Made by a program: the position numbers and the translations under genes. A DNA stretch of 50,236 nucleotides, taken from Eledone cirrhosa. Lineage: Eukaryota. The notes below the pieces were generated by a model. That model was not told where the DNA came from, ran no database searches, and was given only the letters and a program-made list of their open reading frames with translations. The DNA lies in contig CAXHJY010000312.1 of NCBI GenBank assembly GCA_964016885.1, forward strand, positions 1 through 50,236, read 5' to 3'. This document shows positions 1 to 11,716 of the stretch, one piece after another. The stretch's first letter is position 1; each line of letters begins with the position of its first letter.

Positions 1-613
1 TACACGGCTCAGAAATAATCTTCCTTCGAGCTATTTCATTGTAAATGATCGCCTGAGATTTGAACGTCATTATTATTGATTTTATATATTATATTATATA
101 TATACATATATATATAAATGAAAATAGAGAAATTAATCTAAGCAAGAAGCCAACAGTAATTCAGACATATAAGTGACTATTACATCAAGATGAAAAATAT
201 TTAACGTAAGATATGGGAAAATAATTCAATCGCAATACAAAACAAGTCAAGACAAGAAATTAAGAGTAAATACTTATCCGTCAATTTGGATATATATATA
301 TACCCTCCATCTCAATTTTAGTTTGAAAATCATAAGAACTGTGAAACCAGTGAAGTAAATAAATATTCTTAAAACACTCCAGTTGTATTTTCAATTTATT
401 TTCCTTGTGCCAACACAAGAGCAAGAATAACGAGCTCATTCTACTCACTTCACCCAAGAGGCCGTTTGCGTATCTGCAACGAATCGAATATCATGATAAA
501 TATTCCCAAATCTTAGATATATTTATATATACGAACGATGTTTCTGCAAGATGTTTCTGCACAGAATCATCTAATTTCCCGAAACATTCGGTAATGAAAT
601 AATTATATTGTGT

Positions 614-628
614 TTATTATGTAATAAT

Positions 629-666
<38 letters not shown>

Positions 667-684
667 ATTATTATTACATAATAA
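614..684. repeat. Small AT-rich palindrome around a (TA)n tract
   Basis: TTATTATGTAATAATAATAAT-(AT)n-ATTATTATTATTACATAATAA; arms are reverse complements. Confidence 0.7.
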
Positions 685-831
685 TGTTCTACCAGCAAGT
701 TCAGCCCCCCCCCCCCCTATCTCCCACAAAATGCCATGATCTGTCTTTACAACAAATTTTTGACTATTATTCTCGACAATTACTATCTTCCATATAAGCT
801 ATTTATTTACCAGGCTAAAAATGCTATTTAC

Positions 832-886
832 TCCAGAAATAGCCCGTCGAAACGACTTGACGTCTGCCGTCGGGGTCTTACTTGTT

Positions 887-890
<4 letters not shown>
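832..890 (+). mobile_element. Family C element fragment (3' half of a hammerhead)
   Basis: TCCAGAAATAGCCCGTC-GAAACGACTTGACGTCTGCCGTC-GGGGTCTTACTTGTTCC-(TA)n matches copies near 39131 and 49652. Confidence 0.65.
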
Positions 891-948
<58 letters not shown>

Positions 949-1059
949 GTGTAGGAGGTGAGTTTTATTGCAGGACAATAAAGCAATGCAGATATCGGAT
1001 ATGTTGATTTAAAACTGCACTATCCACAAGTGTTTTTTAACCTTCATATCATGTCCTCC

Positions 1060-1129
1060 TATTTTATCTGATGAAAACACAAATGTTATGCATGATGATA
1101 TTTGTTTTTGAAATGCGCATAATAAAATA
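1060..1129 (+). ncRNA. Minimal type I hammerhead ribozyme (family A-like)
   Basis: Stem I TATTTTAT/ATAAAATA (8 bp); CTGATGA 1068-1074; long stem II; GAAA 1110-1113; T-GCGC-A stem III with palindromic tetraloop; AUA site at 1121. Confidence 0.85.
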
Positions 1130-1158
1130 CATGGAACTCATTTACCATCTTTTGTTCT

Positions 1159-1214
<56 letters not shown>

Positions 1215-1266
1215 ATTAAGTCAAATATGTAAAATTTTGGCTTCGTTTATTATAAATTATAGATAT

Positions 1267-1321
1267 ACTGCTATATATATTTCGGTGACAGCCATCATTG
1301 GCTGTGACATCTTCAGGCAGT
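1267..1321 (-). ncRNA. Minimal type I hammerhead ribozyme
   Basis: Minus strand reads ACTGC-CTGAAGA-TGTCACAGCCA atga TGGCTGTCACC-GAAA-T ATAT A-TA-GCAGT; perfect 5-bp stem I. Confidence 0.85.
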
Positions 1322-1467
1322 CCCAATTGGTGTGGGAAAGACAGGTACACATGTTGTTGAAGTGGTTTTACTCCGTCAATACATCGATATGTCCAGCTCC
1401 TGGTTGTGTTGTTATTTCTCCGAGGAACTGGAATCATAACCAACATATAATATATGCCTAAAGTAGA

Positions 1468-1515
<48 letters not shown>

Positions 1516-1535
1516 GATTGGTGCTCTGAAATTGT

Positions 1536-2210
1536 ATGAATGTATGTATAGTATATTTGCCAAATACCGTATGTTTAATTAAAAACATTTAGAAGACCAT
1601 ACGCTATCAGTTTTAAAGTAGTGACTAAGTCACTTACTTCTTTTGGACGATATAAGGGAGATCCAAAGAAGACGGTCTGATTCGAACCTATATATGGAGT
1701 CTGATAGTATACAGTTATATTACTACTATAGATCAGACAATATATCAATATGATGAACCCTCCGAAACGATCGTAAAATGAATAGGTAATATGGATGGGT
1801 AAAATAACACGACTTTGTTGTTATTATTTTCATTGTTAGATTAATACCTATATATATACACACACACACACACACACATATGCACTCACCAACTCAGGTG
1901 AAGCAAAAGAAGAAACTTTCTGCTTTGCTGGCTATCTTCTGACAACAACTCATTTCACACACAGCTTGTGTGATGATTTCCCCGAATGAAACAGTTCTAG
2001 TCCTATAGAAGCATTTTCTATATTAAATATTTATACTCTGCTATGTATTGAGTACCTTACTTACTGTGGTTACCTCCGATTGAACCCGGGATAAACTTTG
2101 CGAAAAGAAGTAAGTGACTTAGTCACTACTTTAAACTGATAGCGTATGGTCTTCTAATGTTTTTAATTAAACATACGGTATATTGCCAAATATACTATAC
2201 ATACATTCAT
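1536..2210. repeat. Inverted repeat with ~109-bp arms (1536-1644 / 2103-2210)
   Basis: Near-identical reverse-complement arms enclosing other element fragments. Confidence 0.85.
1963..2093 (+). mobile_element. Family B element with degenerate hammerhead
   Basis: GTGATGA-TTTCCCCGAAT-GAAACAGTTCTAGTCCTATAGAAGC plus the family B tail GTATTGAGTACCTTACTTACTGTGGTTACCTCCGATT. Confidence 0.7.
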
Positions 2211-2348
2211 GTATAGCTTCGGTATTTCAGAGGATCAATACTAATATATATATATATAGGTCGAAATTTTTTCCACATGTATTTATATATATAAGATGGC
2301 GTAGGACAGAACAAAGGAGAGGCACAAAAACAAAGAAAAGAAACCCCA

Positions 2349-2390
2349 GTCACTGAAGAGGTCACAGATGTGTGACGAAAGAACTTTGAC
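2349..2390 (+). ncRNA. Minimal hammerhead ribozyme (family H)
   Basis: GTCA-CTGAAGA-G-GTCACA gatg TGTGAC-GAAA-GAAC-TT-TGAC; 4-bp stem I, 6-bp stem II. Confidence 0.75.
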
Positions 2391-2489
2391 AATATATGAA
2401 CAATCGTCCGGTTGTGGAACCAACCAACCGGAAATTTATAAATTCTTAAATTTATAAATTTAATTTATAATAAATTGAAGTGAAAGCAA

Positions 2490-2595
2490 CTGGTGCGTGT
2501 GTTTCTTAATGGCAACATGACTCTCCCAAAGCATAACAATATCGGTTTCAACATTTTCAGATAAAGAATCTTGCTAAACAAATTCAGAAACGAAA
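2490..2595 (-). mobile_element. Family E dispersed element fragment
   Basis: Reverse complement of ~5052-5156. Confidence 0.7.
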
Positions 2596-2917
2596 TATAT
2601 ATATAATTCAGGGACTTGACTCCTTCTTCCTCACTCTTCGTTGCATTACCATCTTTGATTGTTTACAGTCTCGCTCGTTCCCCTTATTTACGTGTCCCAA
2701 CGTCTTTCTTTAGCCGTTGCTCGCACCAACCGGAGGTATATGGTCTTTAAAGCGATGAAATACCAATGAAGGTTGGAAGACCACTGATGAAGGACTAACT
2801 TTATTCATATATATATATATATATATGTATAATTATATGAAATTTTTGCTGCTTTGATAATGGTTTCATTCTCATATTCTCTTTGTCTTTGTGTGTCTCT
2901 CCCTCCGCTCTCCCTCT

Positions 2918-2930
2918 CTATCTATCAATG

Positions 2931-2966
<36 letters not shown>

Positions 2967-3124
2967 ACTCTCTCTCTATCTATCTATCACTCTCTCTCTA
3001 TCTATCTATCTATCTATCACTCTCTCTCTCTCTCTATCTATCTATCACTCTCTCTCTCTCTCTCTATCTATCACTCTCTCTCTATCTATCTATCTATCAC
3101 TCTCTCTCTCTCTCTCTCTATCTA

Positions 3125-3160
<36 letters not shown>

Positions 3161-3205
3161 ACTCTCTCTATCTATCTATCTATCACTCTCTCTCTCTCTC
3201 TCTAT
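2918..3205. repeat. (TCTA)n/(TC)n compound microsatellite
   Basis: Directly visible. Confidence 0.95.
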
Positions 3206-3475
3206 GTACCTATCTGTCGCTCGCTCTTTCAGTTTTTTCTCACTTGTTCAATAATTTATTTCATTTTTCTGATAACTACCGAAGATGATTTCTTTAAGAT
3301 AATTGTTCTATACACCCACTCTCAACAAATGTGTGTGTATATGTGTGTGTGTGTATATGTGTGTGTATGTATAAACAATATGTATATATAAGTATACACA
3401 TATAAAAACAATATTTAAATATATATATATATATATATATATATCTGTTAATGTTGTTTCCTTGTTATTTTCTTG

Positions 3476-3785
3476 TAGTAGTACTACTACTACTACTACT
3501 GCTACTAATAATAATAATAACAATACCACCACCACTACCACTACTACCACTATTACTACCACTACTACTACTAATATTAATAATACTACCACCAGCACTA
3601 TTACTACCACCACTTCTACTACCACTACTACTTCTACTACCACAACACCACTATTACTACGACCACTACTACTATTTCTTTTTCATCCCTTCCTATTCTT
3701 GTTTTCTTCTTTTGTTTTTATATTATTATTATCTATATTATTATTCTATCTTGTAATATTGTTGTTGTTATTGTTTTACTATACT

Positions 3786-3823
<38 letters not shown>

Positions 3824-3962
3824 CAATATTATTGTTATTGTCTTACTATATTGCAGTATAATGTAGTAGTAATAGTAGTAGTTAATGTTTTACTATATTG
3901 TATTATAATTTAGTAGTAGTAGTAGTAAATATTTTTGTTATTGTTTTACTATATTCTAACAC

Positions 3963-3993
<31 letters not shown>

Positions 3994-4025
3994 AATATTG
4001 TAATTGTTTTACTATATTCTATCAC

Positions 4026-4064
<39 letters not shown>

Positions 4065-4235
4065 AGTAGTGGTAGTTGTAGTAGTAAATATTATTGTAAT
4101 TGTTTTACTATATTCTATCACAGTAGTAGTAGTAGTAGTAGTGTTAGTAGTAGTAGTAGTAGTAAATATTATTGTAATTGTTTTACTATATTCTATCACA
4201 GTAGTAGTAGTAGTAGTAGTAGTAGTAGCAGCAGC
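3476..4235. repeat. (ACT)n and (AGT)n triplet repeats with a recurring spacer unit
   Basis: Repeated ATTGTAATTGTTTTACTATATTCTATCAC-(AGT)n. Confidence 0.9.
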
Positions 4236-4519
4236 AGAAGCCGTTGTTGTTGATTTCATTATTGTTTCTTCTGATTCTGTGTTTTTTATGTGTCATCAGT
4301 ACAATTATATTTTGTTCAGTATTCTATTGTTTTGTCATAATATTTCTGTATGCTTTGTTCTCTGATGAGAATGTTGCGTTCAGTTTGATATCGTTGATTC
4401 AATTAGTCGACACGCCGCCGCCGCCGACCCTCTATTGGAAGAGAGCTACATATATATATATGGTGTAGACATGAGTTGTAGATGTGTAGATAGTTAGATA
4501 GACAGGCAAGCAAGGTGAT

Positions 4520-5051
<532 letters not shown>

Positions 5052-5634
5052 TCGTTTCTGAATTTGTTTAGCAAGATTCTTTATCTGAAAACGTGTGTTG
5101 AAACCGATATTGTTATACTTTGGGAGGGTCATATTGCCAATAAGAAACACACGCAACAGTTGCTGGTGCGTGTGTTTCTTATTGGCAACATGACCCTCCC
5201 AAAGTATAACAATATATATATATAGCGGCGATGAATTAGTTTTGTGAGGTTTTTTATATGAAATCGTGTGTCGAAACAAATATTGTTATACTTGGGGAGG
5301 GTCATATTTGTGTAATATTGCCAGAATTAATAACAGAACACACTCACTGTTTGGTTGGTTTTCGCTTCTCGCTTCTGTGTCTTTTATATCGGTAATCTAA
5401 CTTACTCGGTCCTCAATGTTGCCATTGACTGACCGACGGTCAAAAATAATACAGATACAATATAGACACAAACACATATATATAGTTTATCATAAATCTT
5501 TCGTTGCACATCTGCAACATCGTCAGTGGTGCTATCTTTTCCTCCTGTTGTATTGTATGTCTCAATACAATGTGAGTGTGTTCTGTTATTAATTCTGTCA
5601 ATATTACACAAATATGACCCTCCCCAAGTATAAC
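5052..5634. mobile_element. Family E foldback elements (two adjacent inverted repeats)
   Basis: Arms ~5108-5153/5166-5214 and ~5285-5347/5572-5633; related pieces at 25086 and 41871; TA-flanked. Confidence 0.75.
5489..5530 (-). ncRNA. Minimal hammerhead ribozyme (family H)
   Basis: Minus strand reads ACCA-CTGACGA-T-GTTGCA gatg TGCAAC-GAAA-GATT-TA-TGAT; stem II covaries with the 2349 copy; stem I has one mismatch. Confidence 0.7.
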
Positions 5635-5777
5635 TATATATATATATATACACACAAATGTATATCTGCATATATATATATATAAGGATCGATCGAATTT
5701 CGTCAAATCGGACCGAGGAAACAATGTTTCCATGGGTCTTACCAGTTACTAGTACTATCTATCGGTCGCAACTCCAG

Positions 5778-5895
5778 GTAGAAGGAGCAACGTGAAATAA
5801 AGTGTCTTGCTCAAGGACATAACGCATCGCCAGGAATCGAACTCACAACCTCAAGATTGTGAATCCAATTCTCTAACCACTCAGCCACATGCCTT

Positions 5896-5897
<2 letters not shown>
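5778..5897 (-). mobile_element. tRNA-derived SINE, second family (CORE-like)
   Basis: Minus strand has A-box-like TGGCTGAGTGG, B-box GTTCGATTCC and CCTTGAGCAAGACACTTT. Confidence 0.7.
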
Positions 5898-5926
<29 letters not shown>

Positions 5927-6025
5927 AATATATATATACATATATATATATATATGCGCATATATATATAATTTAATATATATACATATATATATAATTT
6001 AGTATATATACATATATATAGATAT

Positions 6026-6204
6026 AATTGTTTCTACTTTTGGCACAAGGCCAGCAAATACCCAGTACATTACTGGTACTTTATTTTATCGACCCCGTAA
6101 GGATGAAAGGCAAAGTTAACCTCGGCGGGATTTGAACTCAGATCATAAAGGGACGTAACTATACTTCAAAGCATGGCGTCCGACTCTCTACCGATACTGC
6201 CAAT
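6026..6204 (-). mobile_element. tRNA-derived SINE, main family (Meta-domain-like core, from memory)
   Basis: Minus strand GAGTTCAAATCCC B-box and GCCTTTCATCCTTACGGGGTCGATAAAATAAAGTACC core; many copies in the window. Confidence 0.85.
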
Positions 6205-6317
6205 AATTATGTATATATATGTATATATATATGTGATTATGTATATATATATATGCATATATATATGTAATTATGTATATATATATATATGCATATATAT
6301 ATAATTTAGTATATATA

Positions 6318-6470
6318 CGGAAAAAATGAAACAAAATTTCATTTCTCACTCTTAGTACGGCTGTTACTTAAATATAAGTATGTACACCTACATACATAAA
6401 TGTATACAGACGTACAGTAGTATGTATATATATATACATACATGCACACATATATATATATATATGTACG
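6318..6470 (+). mobile_element. Family D dispersed element
   Basis: TTTCATTTCTCACTCTTAGTACGGCTGTTACTTAAATATAAG also at ~36990-37053 (-) and ~46940 (+). Confidence 0.75.
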
Positions 6471-6585
6471 TATGGATTCACCGAACATTTATTATAATGT
6501 TCGGTGTGTTTGTAAACAAATATCCCGGATTAAGCCGTAGTGTCTAGCAACCATCGTTGCTCGTTTGTTCAACACTGACAAAGGA

Positions 6586-6628
6586 ACGCTGTACTAGTTT
6601 CAAGCTTATTAGCTATCGTCAGCAACAT
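6586..6628 (-). ncRNA. Minimal hammerhead ribozyme
   Basis: Minus strand reads ATGTTG-CTGACGA-T AGCT aata AGCT T-GAAA-CTAG-TA-CAGCGT; palindromic CTAG loop; stem I with two G.U pairs. Confidence 0.75.
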
Positions 6629-6629
6629 A

Positions 6630-6667
6630 TACATATAAATATATATATGTATATATATATATGTAAT

Positions 6668-6715
<48 letters not shown>

Positions 6716-6751
6716 ATTATGTATATATATATATATATATATATATGTAAT

Positions 6752-6790
<39 letters not shown>

Positions 6791-6827
6791 AATTATGTAT
6801 ATATATATATATATATATATATGTAAT

Positions 6828-6868
<41 letters not shown>

Positions 6869-6905
6869 AATTATGTATATATATATATATATATATATAT
6901 GTAAT

Positions 6906-6947
<42 letters not shown>

Positions 6948-7073
6948 ATTATGTATATATATATATATATATATACATGTAATTATGTATATATATATAT
7001 ATATATATGTAATTATGTATATATATATATATATATATGTAATTATGTATATATATATATATATATATGTAAT

Positions 7074-7104
<31 letters not shown>

Positions 7105-7109
7105 GTAAT

Positions 7110-7152
<43 letters not shown>

Positions 7153-7163
7153 GTGTGTGTAAT

Positions 7164-7217
<54 letters not shown>

Positions 7218-7352
7218 ATTATGTATGTATATATATATATATATATATGCACATATAAATATATATATATATATATATGCACATATAAAATATATATATA
7301 TATATATATATAAATATGCATATATATATATATGTAATTATGTATATATATG
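6630..7352. repeat. (TA)n-GTAATTATG tandem array
   Basis: Directly visible. Confidence 0.95.
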
Positions 7353-7820
7353 ACCATGCAACCAAACACACAACTGCAAGGTATTAAATAATTGTAAAAT
7401 GTTAGTGTTGTTTTACACTGTGCCATTAGTTTAGTAACCGGGAAACAGCTGATATATTGGTTACGTACGAGAGAAGATCAGTGAGACAATCTGAGGAGCG
7501 GGCGTGGAGGAAGGTGGGATGGGGGATGGAGGAGGAGGTGTTGACATTATCTTTGTTAAATGTTACTAGTATCAGGTGACAGACAGTCAGGCGGACAGAT
7601 TGATTGAGGTGTGTGGAGAGAGAGAGAGAGAGAATGAATGAGAGAGATAATGAGTGAGAGAGATAGAGAAATAGAGAGAAAGAGAGATGCTTCCCCCTAA
7701 CATTTTGATTAAATAATATAGTTTAATAATGGGTCGTATAAACCCACAGAACGGATGACAGATAGAGAGACATAGATAGATATAGATATATTTCTATCTG
7801 TAGATTGATAGATAGATATA

Positions 7821-8128
7821 TTTCTTTATTTGCCACAAGGGCGCACAAGAAAAATGGACAATACAAATCACATGCCGGGGATTTTACATACAGTCGTCTA
7901 TAAAAATGTTAACATTGAAATATAACAATCGAAATCCCCAAAAGGGGAGAGGCGTTACAAATGGATTGTTTTATACCCCGTAGATAGAACAACCCTCAAC
8001 TTCAAGAGCGTGTTGTGAAAGTGCCTCTTTCTACCTTTTGCTCTCTTCTTTAACCTACAGGTTTATATACAGAGAAGGTCCAATCAATCGGGCCATTCTC
8101 GCCACATTCATACACCTTTCAGTAAATA
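7821..8128 (-). mobile_element. LINE 3' fragment (L1/Tx1-like, tentative)
   Basis: Diverged paralogue of 8167-8640 (shared CGGGCCATTCTCGCCAC, AACCTACAGG); GATA/GACA flanks. Confidence 0.45.
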
Positions 8129-8166
8129 GTTAGACAGACAGACAGACAGACATATAGATAGATATG

Positions 8167-8640
8167 TTTCTTTATTAGCCACAGGGGCACAAAAGAAGGG
8201 GACACATACAAAGGGGGAAGTTTACATACAATAAAAACGTGTAAAATGTTATCACAAATGCAATTTAAAAAGTTAGTCGATTTTCCCCAATAGGGGGAGA
8301 CGATTTATATGGGTAACACATACTCCCGAAAAAATGTGCAACCCTCATCTCCAGGAGTACGAAGGAGTTTGTACTCCTTTCCTCTCCTCCTTTTCCTCAA
8401 CCTACAGGCTGATATAGAGAGAAGGCCCATTCACTCGGGCCATTCTCGCCACTTTCACCCACCTTTCATAAAACTTGCTGGGGTACAGCACCTCTCTCTC
8501 CATCCTGATTCTTCTTCCAAAGTGGTATTTGAAAAAAAGAATCAGTTGTTGGCCGGAGAGAAAGGTGTCTGACATCAGCCCTTTCAACCTTGTCCACCAT
8601 ACAACCTCTTTCGCCATAGCTATCACACAAAGGAAAACCG
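8167..8640 (-). mobile_element. LINE 3' fragment (L1/Tx1-like ORF2 C-terminus, tentative)
   Basis: AKEVVWWTR...RIRMERE...KFYERW peptide, then a 3' UTR ending AATAAAGAAA in a GATA repeat. Confidence 0.5.
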
Positions 8641-9415
8641 TGGGTGAGTAAGTCTGTGGCTGAGAGTGAATGAGTGTGGGTGAGTGAGTGTGGGTTAGTG
8701 AGTGTGGGTGACTGTGTGGCTGACAGTGAGTGAGTGTGGTGAGTGAGTGTGGTGAGTAAGTGTGTCGCTGAGAGTGTGTGAGTGTGGGTGAGTAAGTGTG
8801 TCGCTGAGAGTGTGTGAGTGTGGGTGAGTAAGTGTGTGGCTGAGAGTGGGTGAGTAAGTGTGTGGCTGAGAGTGGGTGATTGTGGGTGAGTAAGTGTGTG
8901 GCTGAGAGTGAGTGAGTGTGGCTGAGAGTGAGTGTGTGGCTGAGAGAGTGTGAGTGTGGGTGAGTAAGTGAGTGAGTGAGAGTGGGTGAGTAAGTCTGTG
9001 GCTGAGAGTGAGTGAGTGAGTGTGGGTGAGTGTGTGTGGGTTAGTGAGTGTGGGTTAGTGAGTGTGGGTTAGTGAGCGTGGGTTAGTGAGCGTGGGTGAC
9101 TGTGTGGCTGAAAGTGAGTGAGTGTGGTGAGTAAGTGTGTCGCTGAGAGTGTGTGAGTGTAGGTGAGTACGTGTGTGGCTGAGAGTGAGTGTAGCTGAGT
9201 AAGTGTGTGGCTGAGAGTGAGTGAATGTAGGTGAGTAAGTGTGTGGCTGAGAGTGAGTGAGTGTAGGTGAGTAAGTGTGTGGCTGAGAGTGAGTGAGTGT
9301 AGGTGAGTAAGTGTGTGGCTGAGAGTGAGTGAGTGTAGGTGAGTAAGTGTGTGGCTGAGAGTGAGTGAGTGTAGGTGAGTAAGTGTGTGGCTGAGAGAGA
9401 GTGTGTGGCTGAGTG
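8640..9415. repeat. GT/GA-rich minisatellite (~36-bp unit)
   Basis: GGTGAGTAAGTGTGTGGCTGAGAGTGAGTGAGTGTA repeated. Confidence 0.9.
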
Positions 9416-9515
9416 CAGGAGATCCTTAGTTAAAGGGACCAAGTAAAACAATGCTTATTTAATACGTTTAAAATGTTATATACTGTTAAATGTTAAGTAT
9501 ATGAAATTGTAATTA

Positions 9516-9575
<60 letters not shown>

Positions 9576-9686
9576 GTGCGTGTGTGTGTGTGTGTGTGCG
9601 CGTGCGTGCGCGCGCGTGCAAAAGACAACCAGGAATAACACAGTGCAATGAAAAAATATATTATTAGTTTTACGCTTCATATAGTT

Positions 9687-9720
<34 letters not shown>

Positions 9721-9881
9721 AACTATATGAAGCGTAATATATATGAAGCATATATATATGTATATATATATATATACACATATATATATATATATATGTT
9801 ATGCTTGTATAAAGATCAACGAATATTTGTAGGTATATGCATTATGCACCAGTGGCTGTGTGTATGTATGTATGTATGTAT

Positions 9882-10388
9882 GTTATCTCTTTCTCTTAAT
9901 TTCGAGTATATATTTTGACCGGCCACCTTCCTGGTGGCAAGGTTGTAAAAGAAAATAAATTGTCATCCCTTGAATCGCAAGAATGTTTTGCAAATTTTGA
10001 AGGTGCCAGCTATCGCAGCCATTTGTAGACTATGAATTAGGGAGCTGCGCTTTTTGACCGCAAATCCAAGTTCAGTCATACTTTGGTCCAAGCGGGTTGG
10101 TATATAACCCGTAGCTCCAATAATGATGGGTATGAAGCTAAAGGTGTATCTTGGATACTGGATTTGTAAACTCCTCATCAATGGTCCGTAGATGTCCTCC
10201 TCCTCCTGTATTTTTCTGACAACGTTTACATCAAGTGGGCAGCTGATCTCCATAACAGAACACGTGTTTAATGTGTGGTCCCAAACAACAATATCAGGCC
10301 GGTTGTGCTTTAATCTGGTGGCAGTTTTTATTTTCAGGTTCCACTAGTATTCCTTAGTGCCATCTGTCTCAATATATTCTTCCTCTGC
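9882..10388 (-). mobile_element. R4/Dong-like non-LTR retrotransposon 3' fragment (restriction-like endonuclease), disabled
   Basis: KHNRPDIVVWD...MEISCP...IPIIIGATGYIP; in-frame stop at 10344-10346; (TATG)n on both sides. Confidence 0.8.
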
Positions 10389-10406
10389 ATGTATGTATGT
10401 ATGTAT

Positions 10407-11267
10407 GTTCTGGTTTTATAATTTCACAATTTTTTCCCAATAGAGAGAGAGTCGGTTTCTAACATAGACACAAGACTCTCTCATTGGAATTTACACAACA
10501 TCAACTAGGTAGATTATGTATGCATGCATGCATGTGTAGATATGGATGTTATTGTATGTGTGGATGTGGATGTTTTGAGTTGTATGTGTGCATGTGTTTA
10601 TGCAGTTATTAGAATATTTTACATATTTTTACTGTTCCATTAATGGATTGTACTTGTAATTTCCTAACTAGTTGTGTTCTTTCTGTTCCTGTGAAGCCTA
10701 GCTTCTTAAGATTTGTATTGAGGCAGTTACTAACATATCCCAGTGCCCCAATAATTTACAGGCTAAATCTGAAGGTGTAATTAGGGTGGAGTATCTGCAG
10801 ATTTCTCATCAGTTCTGCATAAATATTCTCCTTTTCACTAATCTTTGATATTATATTGGCATCTGCTGGGCAGCTAATTTCCACTACTGTGCATGTTTTC
10901 TTCTCCCTGTCCCATATCATTATATCTGGTCTGTTATGCCTGCTTTTTATTGGGGTTTTTACTGGAACATTCCACCAATACTCTTTCATATTATGTACAT
11001 GGATGTCTTCCACATTGTTGTAGCTTTTAATGTGTTTATTATCGGGGCTATCTTTTTTACGAACTGCATTGTACAGTGTGTTGGCCACTACATCATGCCT
11101 CATAGGTAGATAGTACCGCGATGACATCTTTGGACAGCTGCTGATGACATGGGTGATATCCTCGATGTTAGTTCTGCAGAGTTTGCACTTGTTATCACAT
11201 CTCGGTGCTTTGCCTGCATCCCTATCTCTTTTGTGAATCAGGTATTTCGTGCTAATCTCCTGTTCCT
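10407..11267 (-). mobile_element. R4/Dong-like non-LTR retrotransposon 3' fragment (CCHC knuckle plus RLE)
   Basis: CKLC..EDITHVISSC, RHD, RPDIMIWD..VEISCP..K..Y; frameshift near 10757 continues IIGALGYV...GTVKICKIF; (TATG)n flanks. Confidence 0.85.
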
Positions 11268-11519
11268 GTATGTATGTATGTATGTATGTATGTATGTATG
11301 TATGTATGTATGTATGTATGTATCTCAATGTGTGTGGAGGGGGGGATGTTCCCACGACTTTCGTTGTCGACGGATCTTCACGTTTTTAAGTTTAAATCCC
11401 ACTCAATATCTACATAGAGATAACCTAATAGAAGAGACCAAGTATTACATAAACCAAGTATAAACCTAGCAAATAAAATACAACACATACTAATATCACA
11501 TTTAACACTCTTCTTCTAC

Positions 11520-11700
11520 GCCCACTTATTCCTGAGAGGGTCGTGGGGACAGAGTCCGCAAACACTCCTTTCAGCGGGTCCTGTCAGAAGCAACTGTCTC
11601 CAACTGATCCGGTTGGATCCCCAAACAAGATCAGCCGAGATCATGGATGTTATCCAACCATCTTGCTCCGGGATCTACCCCTGCCTGTTGGTTTTGCCTG
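11520..11700 (-). mobile_element. RTE-clade LINE 3' end (Rex3/Expander-like), degenerate
   Basis: Minus translation PTGRGR/PGARWLDNIHDLG*SCLGIQPDQLETVASDRTR*KECLRTLSPRP. Confidence 0.65.
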
Positions 11701-11716
11701 TAAAATCTGTCAACCG

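Noticed and set aside
2784-2806. CTGATGA-AGGAC hammerhead start
   Set aside because: Runs into (TA)n before any GAAA; may be a truncated element but cannot be supported
4362-4385. CTGATGA followed by a GAATG/CGTTC hairpin
   Set aside because: No GAAA, stem III or stem I
11141-11147. CTGATGA inside a LINE ORF (also CTGAGGA near 41683)
   Set aside because: No compatible stems; chance matches in coding sequence
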